In this document: piece by piece, positions 17,084 to 25,599 of the stretch
Position numbering within the stretch: position 1 is the first letter of the stretch
Layout of the letters: each line of letters opens with the position of its first letter
From: a virus
DNA length: 64,000 nt
Direction: 5' to 3' (one strand)
Virus record (IMG/VR): IMGVR_UViG_3300032224_000591
Coordinates: 1-64,000 of that record
Program-made: the position numbers and the translations under genes
Notes under the pieces: model-generated
Database searches by the model: none
What the model was told of the DNA's origin: nothing
What the model saw: only the letters and a program-made list of their open reading frames with translations

Positions 17084-18204
17084 TGATTACCTTTTGTCCT
17101 GATAAGTTTGGGTTCTATCAAGTAGGCAATCGCTCTACCTATAGTAAACTCGAAGCCTTTGAATGGATGCAAGCTGAAAAAACAAAGGCGGAGTGGAACT
17201 TTAACCGCTCCGCCTTTGACTCTTTGGAATGGACAAAAGAACCAGAGATGGATCTCTGGACAATGTACAAACTAAGAGCGAGACAGATCCGTGAAGCTTA
17301 CGATTATGTTGTACTATTTTATAGCGGTGGCTCTGATAGTCATAATATACTCCATGCCTGGTTAGATGCAGGCCTTAAGATAGATGAGATAGCTACTACA
17401 TGGAACTATGCGGCAACTGGTGATAAACAGAATCACTACAATGCTGAGATTACTAACGTTGTATTACCAGACATTAAAACTTTAAAGGATGGTGGGCACG
17501 AGTTCATATTTAGATTGATAGATATATCACAATTCTGTATCGACCTATTCGATGTATGGGGTAATGAGTTCGACTACAATGTCAACTTTCATTTTAGCCC
17601 AAACAATCCAGCAAAACATCTCTTTCGTGATAAGATCGAAGACTACAAGAATCTAATAGCAGCCGGTAAGAAGGTCTGCTTTGTATGGGGTAAAGAGAAA
17701 CCAAATCTACGATATGCTGATGGATCCCACTACTTTGAGTTTTGTGATAATATCGATAACACAGTAGGACCATACGTACAACGTAAGTATCATCAAGGAT
17801 GGTATGATGAGCTGTTTTATTGGACACCAGACTTTCCTTTGATACCAGTAAAACAATCTCATGTCATATTAAACTATGTAGAACATGCACCTGAATCTGA
17901 TTTTGTAGAGAGAACTAAACCCAGTCAGATCCATAATGCCTACTCTAAGAAATATAATAAGTACCTAAAAGAGGAAGTGTTAAAAACAATCATATATCCA
18001 AAATGGTCTAATGATATTTTCTGTAACGGTAAAACATCATCGTTTACATACTCCATACGAGATGAATGGTTCTTAACATCTAACTTAGATATAAAGCGTA
18101 AATTTATCTATCTAACGAATTATTACTTTGCTAAAGTCGACCCAGATAATACACAGAGTCGAAGAAACATTCGACCATATTATACAACCTATAAGGTTAA
18201 ATGA
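17083..18204 (+). CDS. PP-loop (adenine nucleotide alpha-hydrolase) superfamily protein
   Basis: VVLFYSGGSDS motif; paralogue of 61789-62859. Confidence 0.7.
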   Translation: MITFCPDKFGFYQVGNRSTYSKLEAFEWMQAEKTKAEWNFNRSAFDSLEWTKEPEMDLWTMYKLRARQIREAYDYVVLFYSGGSDSHNILHAWLDAGLKIDEIATTWNYAATGDKQNHYNAEITNVVLPDIKTLKDGGHEFIFRLIDISQFCIDLFDVWGNEFDYNVNFHFSPNNPAKHLFRDKIEDYKNLIAAGKKVCFVWGKEKPNLRYADGSHYFEFCDNIDNTVGPYVQRKYHQGWYDELFYWTPDFPLIPVKQSHVILNYVEHAPESDFVERTKPSQIHNAYSKKYNKYLKEEVLKTIIYPKWSNDIFCNGKTSSFTYSIRDEWFLTSNLDIKRKFIYLTNYYFAKVDPDNTQSRRNIRPYYTTYKVK

Positions 18205-18650
18205 TGAAATATTTTGAGTCACATCAGCGTACAATCGCCAAGACTCTAACGATACGTGTTTTATTCACTCTCAGTCACCTACTCAATGGTTACATTGTAA
18301 CTGGTGACCTTATCATCGGCGCCCAGATTGCCGGTGTAGCTGCACTCATTAATATGGCTCTATTCTGGTTACATGATAGAGCTTGGGAGTTTGCTTCTTG
18401 GAATAGAAAGCCAGCCGATACTAAGCTGTTTGTTGATGGTCATCCACGTACAATCAGTAAGAGTATTACATGGCGTGGGCTAATTACAATCAACAACTTT
18501 ATGATACCATTCATCATGACAGGTTCATGGCAGACCGCTGCTGCATTCCTTGGTATCGCAACCATCCTTAACATTATCGTATATTACATACATGAGAGAA
18601 CATGGAATCTCGTGTTATGGGGAAAGAAGGAAATCGAAGATGGCGTTTAA
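18201..18650 (+). CDS. DUF2061-like membrane protein with two tandem domains
   Basis: RTIAKTLTIR...HDRAW and RTISKSITWR...HERTW repeats. Confidence 0.7.
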   Translation: MMKYFESHQRTIAKTLTIRVLFTLSHLLNGYIVTGDLIIGAQIAGVAALINMALFWLHDRAWEFASWNRKPADTKLFVDGHPRTISKSITWRGLITINNFMIPFIMTGSWQTAAAFLGIATILNIIVYYIHERTWNLVLWGKKEIEDGV

Positions 18651-20013
18651 TAAAGAAACATTCTGTACAATGCCTTGGTCATCGATCATGATTTTACCAT
18701 CTGGTGATTTCAAGATCTGTTGTTTTACTGGGCATGACACAGAACGTGGTGATAGCCATGGTGTAGCGGTCGATGATGATTATACTGCTATGAATGTGCT
18801 TACACATAATATCATGGATGCTATGAATAGTAAGTGGCATAAGGAACTCCGTCTAGCTCAGTCACGTGGTGAACGTCATGAGATTTGTAAGGTGTGCTGG
18901 GATCGTGACGATGCTGCAAAGGTGCAGGGTGAAGTTCCTACATCTCTTCGTGTCGTAAGATCTTACTATCAGAATAATGGCAATAGAGAACGCATTGGTG
19001 GTTATCCAATGAAGGGTGCAGCTTTGCCTGAAACTGCTGACTCTTTGATGGCAGCTGATGGTACTATTACAAAGATGCCATTGAGTCTTGACATTCGCTT
19101 TAGCAATCTATGCAATGCAAAGTGTGTCATGTGTGAGCCGCTCTACAGTACGCTATGGTATGGTGACTGGATGGATATGACCGGCCGTGATGAGTTCTTT
19201 GCTGGCACTAAACAATACAAGATTACTAAGAAGCCAACTGCATCAGGCGGTGCTACATATTCATCTGATATTGATACGTGGAATGATGACCCACGCTGGT
19301 GGGCACAGTTCGATCAGATCGCACCACATCTTCGTCATGTCTATATCACTGGTGGTGAACCATTTGTTCAACCAACACATGATACCTTCATTCAGAAACT
19401 AGTTGAAGGTGGCTACGCTAAGAATATTGTTGTTGAGTATGACACTAATCTCAGTGTTCTAAATACTAAGATTCTTGATATGCTTAAGGAGTTTAAGGAT
19501 CTAATCTTTAGAGTTAGTGTCGATGATGTTGAAGAGCGATATGATTTGATTCGCCATCCTCTGAAGTTTAATAAGCTGCTTGCTAATCTTGAACTCATGA
19601 AAGAGTATGGATTCCATGAGAAGATTGTGAATCTCTCTACATGTGTCGGCATCTACTCTATCTACTCACCTATTAGGATCTACGAGTATTTCAAAGCTGC
19701 TGGTTATGATCGCCACTTCCCATTTGTTCGTATTCTTAGATCACCTGGCGCAGTTGATATGGCCAACCTTCCGCGTAGACTTAAAGAGAAGGTGATCAAG
19801 GACTATGAAGAATCTGATCTTCCACATTTCCATCAGACTCACGTAGTTGGCTACCTAAAGAACACACTTAACAAGTTTACTGATGAAGAGTGTGTTCCTA
19901 AGATGGTTGCATATTTCAAGTACATGGACACACTAGATAGATTGAGAAAGACTGACTGGAAAGCTACGTTCCCTGAGGTAGCCGAACTAGTAAAAGACTA
20001 CATACCAAAATAG
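18640..20013 (+). CDS. radical SAM protein with N-terminal SPASM/twitch-like Fe-S domain
   Basis: CNAKCVMC (CX3CX2C), ITGGEP, YDTNL; N-terminal FCTMPW...GDFKICC...CKVCW; ATG at 18640. Confidence 0.85.
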   Translation: MAFNKETFCTMPWSSIMILPSGDFKICCFTGHDTERGDSHGVAVDDDYTAMNVLTHNIMDAMNSKWHKELRLAQSRGERHEICKVCWDRDDAAKVQGEVPTSLRVVRSYYQNNGNRERIGGYPMKGAALPETADSLMAADGTITKMPLSLDIRFSNLCNAKCVMCEPLYSTLWYGDWMDMTGRDEFFAGTKQYKITKKPTASGGATYSSDIDTWNDDPRWWAQFDQIAPHLRHVYITGGEPFVQPTHDTFIQKLVEGGYAKNIVVEYDTNLSVLNTKILDMLKEFKDLIFRVSVDDVEERYDLIRHPLKFNKLLANLELMKEYGFHEKIVNLSTCVGIYSIYSPIRIYEYFKAAGYDRHFPFVRILRSPGAVDMANLPRRLKEKVIKDYEESDLPHFHQTHVVGYLKNTLNKFTDEECVPKMVAYFKYMDTLDRLRKTDWKATFPEVAELVKDYIPK

Positions 20014-20042
20014 TGTACAACCTAACCTACCTGTGGTATAAT
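20014..20042 (+). promoter_or_regulatory. early promoter TGTACA-N17-TATAAT (extended TGG)
   Basis: Consensus match directly after the radical SAM stop codon. Confidence 0.7.
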
Positions 20043-20048
20043 AGCTAT

Positions 20049-20255
20049 ATGATGAAAACTTCCAATAAACCACTCGGCATTATCTTCATACTCATGTCAA
20101 TGATCGCTATGGGGGTAGCATATAAGATTGTGCTACCTCCACTCGATATGAGTGTTTGGCTTCTTACTGTCCTACTCTTCATAGTGTGGGACAGATTCAT
20201 GGCACTTGGTATTGCCCTATTCTTGGGCGTAGAACTTGAGGATAAAAATGATTAG
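20049..20255 (+). CDS. small membrane protein
   Basis: Two hydrophobic segments; start chosen after the promoter. Confidence 0.6.
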   Translation: MMKTSNKPLGIIFILMSMIAMGVAYKIVLPPLDMSVWLLTVLLFIVWDRFMALGIALFLGVELEDKND

Positions 20256-20478
20256 TGCCATTACGGCTGCGAATACGTTTAATGATGAAATCGAGAAGCT
20301 ACGAAGGACCAAGAATCTTGAGTACATTGATGCAGTCATCTACTGGTGTGAAACCAACAAGATTGAGGTCGAGTTCGCAGCCGGCCTAATCAAGAAGGAT
20401 CCTGTGTTCAAATCAAAAGTTCAAATTGAGGCAGAAAATCTTAATATCCTCAAGCGAGGAGCTCGACTCCCTATATAA
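20248..20478 (+). CDS. 33: late transcription co-activator gp33
   Basis: YIDAVIYWCETNKIEVE...EAENLNIL...LPI pattern; upstream of gp59 and gp32. Confidence 0.8.
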   Translation: MISAITAANTFNDEIEKLRRTKNLEYIDAVIYWCETNKIEVEFAAGLIKKDPVFKSKVQIEAENLNILKRGARLPI

Positions 20479-20481
20479 ATA
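20474..20481 (+). promoter_or_regulatory. T4 late promoter TATAAATA
   Basis: Exact consensus before the metallopeptidase gene. Confidence 0.65.
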
Positions 20482-20493
20482 GGATAACAGCAG

Positions 20494-20952
20494 GTGGGAT
20501 CTATGTACCTAAAAATCAAAGGTAAGCCTCTCAGACTCCCGAAGCAGCTTTGTAAGCAGGCTGCTAAACACTACGCCCTAAAGCTACTAGGTCCTCGTCT
20601 CTATCATCTAGTAGAGGTAGAGATTGAGTTCTCAGCCGATGACATGGACTCTGATGTCTATGCATACTGTGACTGGAATGATACTAACTATAAGGCTAGG
20701 GACTTCACAATCACACTCAGACCAAACCTAAGCAAGAAGCAGACGCTGCTTGCACTAGCACATGAGATGGTTCACGTAAAGCAGTATGCTAAGGGTGAGC
20801 TGCGCGACTATGTACGTACTAGACGTTGTAAGTGGCGTGGTGAGATATTCGATGAGCTCATCAGCTATTGGGATGCACCATGGGAGATCGAGGCACACGG
20901 ACGTGAGAAAGGCCTCTACATTAGTTTCATTAATGAGCAGCGAGCTAAGTGA
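20494..20952 (+). CDS. zinc metallopeptidase-like protein (HExxH)
   Basis: LAHEMVHVKQ and PWEIEA motifs. Confidence 0.8.
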   Translation: MGSMYLKIKGKPLRLPKQLCKQAAKHYALKLLGPRLYHLVEVEIEFSADDMDSDVYAYCDWNDTNYKARDFTITLRPNLSKKQTLLALAHEMVHVKQYAKGELRDYVRTRRCKWRGEIFDELISYWDAPWEIEAHGREKGLYISFINEQRAK

Positions 20953-21230
20953 TGGTATATCGTAGCACAAGAAAAACAGCATGCGTAGAGGTTGATGTAG
21001 ACTTTGACCTTGATGACTTCGATGAACAAGATCTGATTGACTACATCGAAGATAAAGGTTATACTATTATAGAAGGTAAGGTAAGCACCAAATATGAAAC
21101 CTTCGATCAACTTGATAAGCAGATATGGGAACTGTATCTGCTCTACACGTCTGATAAAGGAGCGGGTCATCAGATGGATAAAGCGCTTGGTAATTTCTTT
21201 AGTGTGTACTACAACAAAGTCAGCGCTTAA
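20949..21230 (+). CDS. hypothetical acidic protein
   Basis: VEVDVDFDLDDFDEQDLI; coupled to upstream gene. Confidence 0.65.
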   Translation: MMVYRSTRKTACVEVDVDFDLDDFDEQDLIDYIEDKGYTIIEGKVSTKYETFDQLDKQIWELYLLYTSDKGAGHQMDKALGNFFSVYYNKVSA

Positions 21231-21257
21231 CTGTTTACATACCAGTAGAAACGTGAT

Positions 21258-21842
21258 ATGATGTCTGCATTCGATTGTTACAAAGAGTATGTTGCTCTGA
21301 AGAATCACTTCACTAAGCCTGGTTACGACTACTTCAAATACAATGGAAAGATGAAGCTCAACTACGCCTCATTCGAGAAGCGTAGTGATAAGCTGTTCTT
21401 TCAGAAGCTAGCGAAACATGAGGACCCGCAAGGCCTCATCGTATCCAACCTGCTGCGTGATAAGAAGCTTTGGATCCGTGATCTAGCTTACTCAGAGGTA
21501 GCTGAGAAAACATTCCAAGAGTGGCAGCGTCGTAAGCAGTCACTAACCTATACATTCAAGCAGGAGCTTGAACAGCTATTGCCAAACTTTGATGCTAACT
21601 TCAAGGTATCTGGTAATCATCCCCATCTGATGAAGCTCTACTTCTCAAAGAAGGTGAGTGTCGAGACGATGGTGATTTTGGTTGATCTTGTCAAGTGCTC
21701 TAAGCACTGGTACGATCAGCTTCAATACGACCCTGTCGCTGACGAAGTTCTTAACATAATTGTGAAATATAGACCATTCCTAGATTATGACCGTGAGAAA
21801 GTGAAAAATATTGTGGTTGAGAAGTTTTCTGCGACAGGGTAA
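21258..21842 (+). CDS. 59: helicase loader gp59
   Basis: YVALKNHFT..YDYFKYNGK and FEKRSDKLFFQKL motifs; synteny. Confidence 0.9.
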   Translation: MMSAFDCYKEYVALKNHFTKPGYDYFKYNGKMKLNYASFEKRSDKLFFQKLAKHEDPQGLIVSNLLRDKKLWIRDLAYSEVAEKTFQEWQRRKQSLTYTFKQELEQLLPNFDANFKVSGNHPHLMKLYFSKKVSVETMVILVDLVKCSKHWYDQLQYDPVADEVLNIIVKYRPFLDYDREKVKNIVVEKFSATG

Positions 21843-21922
21843 GATAAATATGATTATACACAGAAATACGAATTTGTGTATAATGAAAAATACAAACAAT
21901 ACAATCAATACGGAGAATACAC

Positions 21923-22840
21923 ATGGTAGACTTTTCTAAGCTTAAGCAGATGTCGGGTAGTGCGTCACTTTCGAAGTTGACCTCTGAGGTTAACAAGATC
22001 AATGGCGGTGGTGAGCAGTCTGGTAAGGACGATCGCTTCTGGTACCCTAACGTCGATAAGGCCGGTAACGGCTATGCGGTTATCCGCTTCCTTCCCCCTC
22101 CTCCCGATGAAGATATGCCCTTCATCCGTATGTTCTCTCACGGCTTCAAGGGTCCGACCGGCTCTTGGTACATTGAGAACTCTTTGACGACACTTGGTAA
22201 GCAGGATCCTGTCGGTGAGCTTAACTCACAGCTGTGGAACTCTGGTATCGAGTCTGATAAGGAAGTTGCACGTGCGCAGAAGCGTCGTCTCAACTTTATC
22301 AGTAATGTATTGGTTATGGTTGACCAACAGAATCCTGAGAATGAAGGTAAGGTGTTCTTGTTCAAGTATGGCAAGAAGATCTTTGACAAGCTGAATGATG
22401 CCATGAACCCTCAGTTCCCCGGCGACGTTCCGATGAACCCGTTCGACTTCTGGACTGGTGCTAGCTTCAAGATTAAGATTCGTAATGTTGAAGGCTATCG
22501 TAACTACGACAAGTCTGAGTTCGGTGAAGTTGGTCCTTTGTCGAAGGACGACTCGGAGATGGAAACCATCTGGAAGAAGGAATACTCCCTGCAAGAGTTC
22601 CTTGCACCTTCTAACTTTAAGTCATATGATGAGTTGAAGGAAAAGCTGCATCGAGTCCTCGGACTTGATGGTTCGACTAATGGTCGTACCCCTGCAGCGG
22701 CTCGTGCAGTTGCAAAGACTGATGACGATTCTCCTTGGAATGAGGCGCCTAAGTTTAAGGCGACTCCTGCTCCAGCTGTACATGCAGCGGATGATGAGGA
22801 CGATGAGTCCTTGGAGTTCTTCAAGAAGCTCGCTGGCTAA
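21923..22840 (+). CDS. 32: single-stranded DNA-binding protein gp32
   Basis: DDRFW..DKAGNGYAVIRFLP, WYIENSLTT, GKVFLFKYGKKIFDK, acidic tail. Confidence 0.95.
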   Translation: MVDFSKLKQMSGSASLSKLTSEVNKINGGGEQSGKDDRFWYPNVDKAGNGYAVIRFLPPPPDEDMPFIRMFSHGFKGPTGSWYIENSLTTLGKQDPVGELNSQLWNSGIESDKEVARAQKRRLNFISNVLVMVDQQNPENEGKVFLFKYGKKIFDKLNDAMNPQFPGDVPMNPFDFWTGASFKIKIRNVEGYRNYDKSEFGEVGPLSKDDSEMETIWKKEYSLQEFLAPSNFKSYDELKEKLHRVLGLDGSTNGRTPAAARAVAKTDDDSPWNEAPKFKATPAPAVHAADDEDDESLEFFKKLAG

Positions 22841-22846
22841 GAGATT

Positions 22847-22872
22847 GAGGGGGAGAAATCCCCCTCTTTTTT
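22847..22872 (+). terminator. intrinsic terminator between convergent gp32 and holin genes
   Basis: GAGGGGGA-GAAA-TCCCCCTC-TTTTTT. Confidence 0.85.
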
Positions 22873-23329
22873 ATTGCTTGCTAGCAACCTTCTCTTGAGT
22901 TCTGCCGTAAGCAGCAACACCAAGAATGGCACCGAACGCCATGTGGATTAATCCACCATTTGATAGTGTCAGCGACTGCCATGCCATGTACGTCATGCCC
23001 TTAACAAGAATAGGCATGAACATAGAGATCGCAGGGAACGCAACGAAATCCATAAAACAAATGACCATATAGAGCCAACCCATTGCAGGTCGCCACATGG
23101 CTTTCATCCAATGCTCTTCTTCTTTCTTAGGAGCAGGATCCTCTACTTCCATAACAGGCATTGCAACCGGTTCACTAACAGTTTGGACCGGTGTAGGTGC
23201 AGGGGGTGGCGGAGGTGGTGACTGATACATAGGTTCTGGCGGTGGAACAACTACCGCTGGTTTTGGTGGAACCTCACGCTCAACTGGTGGCGCAGGTTCA
23301 TCATCAACTGATTTCCCGAATTTAGCCAT
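22871..23329 (-). CDS. putative holin (3TM/GTA-holin-like) with Pro-rich N-terminus
   Basis: WRPAMGWLY...GAILGVAAYGRTQEK motif. Confidence 0.6.
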   Translation of the reverse strand: MAKFGKSVDDEPAPPVEREVPPKPAVVVPPPEPMYQSPPPPPPAPTPVQTVSEPVAMPVMEVEDPAPKKEEEHWMKAMWRPAMGWLYMVICFMDFVAFPAISMFMPILVKGMTYMAWQSLTLSNGGLIHMAFGAILGVAAYGRTQEKVASKQ

Positions 23330-23343
23330 TATTTTCTTCCTTA

Positions 23344-25599
23344 TTAGTTACCCGGGTGAAACATTCCTAGCAAGCTACCAGATGAGTTCTGTGCTTGAGG
23401 CGCTGGTGTATCATTCTTTGAATTATTTTTCTTACTACCAGGTGGACCCATGTTACTTGTCTTATCAGAACTATATGGTGCTCCACCTGATCCGGCACCA
23501 CTAGCTGATTTCTTTGGTTTAGGTGGTGGCGGTGGAGGGGCTTTAGGTGCTGACTTTTCTGGCACAAATTGATCGATAGCATAATCAGCAACCATACTAC
23601 CAACCGCACCGACAACGCCACCACCGGGCGCCATACGTATAGCAGACTTCGCTGCCTTATTGTAGTCACCATTATAAGTGTGATAAGCAGTCTCAGCACC
23701 AGCTACAACCTGACCAGCAACCGGTACAAATGATATAGCAGTCTTTGCTAAACCCACACCAATGTCGATAAGCCCATCGTTATTATCATGAGGCTCAACA
23801 CGGTCACCTTTCTTTAGGTTAACAGCTGTTGCTCTATTTGGAGTGACTAATGTTTTACCGTCACGCTTAACTTTCTCTCTACCCTTCTCACCGACAATAG
23901 CCGGACCTGAATTTGGCACAGATGGTGAACCACTCGCATATCCCTTGATATTACCTTGACGATCTAATGGTACAGATCCGCCTTCACCCTGTGCTGCAGA
24001 GAAATGCATCGGATCGGGTGTACTTCTAAAGTTTCTACCCCAACCCAATCCCCACTTTGCAGCAATAGCATTCGTACCATCTGGCATATCTGACTGGCGT
24101 GAACCATTGGCATTAGTAGCGGGATTAATGTCGATAGCAGCACCAAATGAGTGATAGCTAAGGACGTTAGGGTTGTTAGCATTAGCGCGAACCGCCTGAC
24201 CACCCATCGACTTAATCTTATAGTCACGTGACTCTAGATCGTTAACAAGCCCTTGGAATGCAGCTTGATATGGCTTATTAACTTTGGCGGATGGTCCGCT
24301 CTTAGATGTAATCGACACGAGATCCAGTTTACTCGTGATACCAGAGTAGTCAATAGATCCACGATCGGTAGGTTGTGATGTGTCACCTACACCTTTAGCA
24401 TCGCTGGCAGATGGTGATGCACCTTTATCCTGAGAGCCGGGTGAACTACCAATGCCAGGTGTAGTCGATCCTGGCGTTGCTGATGATGTAATATCATCAA
24501 GACTCTGTACACCACCTAGTAGAATAACCTCATTGGCTTTAAGCTCCATCGTTGCAGCGATAAATTTAATCTGCTCAGACGCATTAAATGATAGTGTGTC
24601 CTTCATGATAGCAGTTGAACTGCCTTCAGTCTTTGCACCATGATCCTCAAGAACATTAGCAGCAATAGTCTGACCTTCACCAGAAACTAATGCTGCACCA
24701 TTTGTTGGCTTCTTTCCCTTCTTTTCAAACAGTTTATCGAGAAGCTTTTGCGTGACTTCTTCAACAGTATCACCTAGGAAATATTCAGCAACTGTACCAG
24801 CAGCAAGACCTGCAAGGAATCCAACGATAGCACCAGGACCTGTTGGTGAAAGGATAGCAGCCATAAGAGCTCCGGCGGCCATACCTAAACCAATGTGTGC
24901 AACTAGGCTCGTAACAATACGAGTCGCTTTCTCAAAATGATCTGGGTCATCAGGGCTAATAGCTGATAGTTCTTTATATGCATCCCATGCAAGCTTAGCT
25001 GCCATCAACCAGCCAACAGTTTTAACTACCTTCACACCGGTACTACTAGTACCAGCTGCGGGTCCTTCTGCAACCTTTGGGCCAGATACTTTCTCAGCTG
25101 GCTTTACACCGGTCGCCTTCTCTTGATTGACCATCTTACCGGTCTTCTCTTCATGATAGCGACCGGTCTTCTCATTATATCGATAGCCTTTTCTTGCCTT
25201 TGGTGGCTTCTTAGGCTTAGGCTTATCACCTTTTTTATTTCTATCATAATCAAAGTCTGGCAAATCAATAGGGTTTTGATTGTTCTTCAAATCTTGTAGA
25301 GCACCAAGAATATCTCTCAGTACTTCATTCTGTGCATTTTGCAATGCAACTGACTGAGAGAGAATCTCATTAGTCATGACAGTGTTTTCTGTCAGCTGAT
25401 CAACCGCCGCAGTTACTTCAGATGTAGCCGTTGGCTTATCTTTGTTACTCTTAGTTTTACGGAATCTCTCACCAAGTGCATATGCTTTTGGGAAGGCTCT
25501 AGAGAGAATCTCTTTACCAAGACCCTTCTCCTTAACTCCCTGAATAAGCTTTGTGGCTTCCGGAAATGCGATACTGCCTAATGTTCCTAGAACGCCCAT
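23344..25599 (-). CDS. tail/baseplate hub or tape-measure-like protein with an M15 peptidoglycan peptidase domain
   Basis: SYHSFGAAIDIN...WGLGWG...DPMHFS motif; hydrophobic Gly/Ala segment; position downstream of gp26/gp51. Confidence 0.65.
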   Translation of the reverse strand: MGVLGTLGSIAFPEATKLIQGVKEKGLGKEILSRAFPKAYALGERFRKTKSNKDKPTATSEVTAAVDQLTENTVMTNEILSQSVALQNAQNEVLRDILGALQDLKNNQNPIDLPDFDYDRNKKGDKPKPKKPPKARKGYRYNEKTGRYHEEKTGKMVNQEKATGVKPAEKVSGPKVAEGPAAGTSSTGVKVVKTVGWLMAAKLAWDAYKELSAISPDDPDHFEKATRIVTSLVAHIGLGMAAGALMAAILSPTGPGAIVGFLAGLAAGTVAEYFLGDTVEEVTQKLLDKLFEKKGKKPTNGAALVSGEGQTIAANVLEDHGAKTEGSSTAIMKDTLSFNASEQIKFIAATMELKANEVILLGGVQSLDDITSSATPGSTTPGIGSSPGSQDKGASPSASDAKGVGDTSQPTDRGSIDYSGITSKLDLVSITSKSGPSAKVNKPYQAAFQGLVNDLESRDYKIKSMGGQAVRANANNPNVLSYHSFGAAIDINPATNANGSRQSDMPDGTNAIAAKWGLGWGRNFRSTPDPMHFSAAQGEGGSVPLDRQGNIKGYASGSPSVPNSGPAIVGEKGREKVKRDGKTLVTPNRATAVNLKKGDRVEPHDNNDGLIDIGVGLAKTAISFVPVAGQVVAGAETAYHTYNGDYNKAAKSAIRMAPGGGVVGAVGSMVADYAIDQFVPEKSAPKAPPPPPPKPKKSASGAGSGGAPYSSDKTSNMGPPGSKKNNSKNDTPAPQAQNSSGSLLGMFHPGN

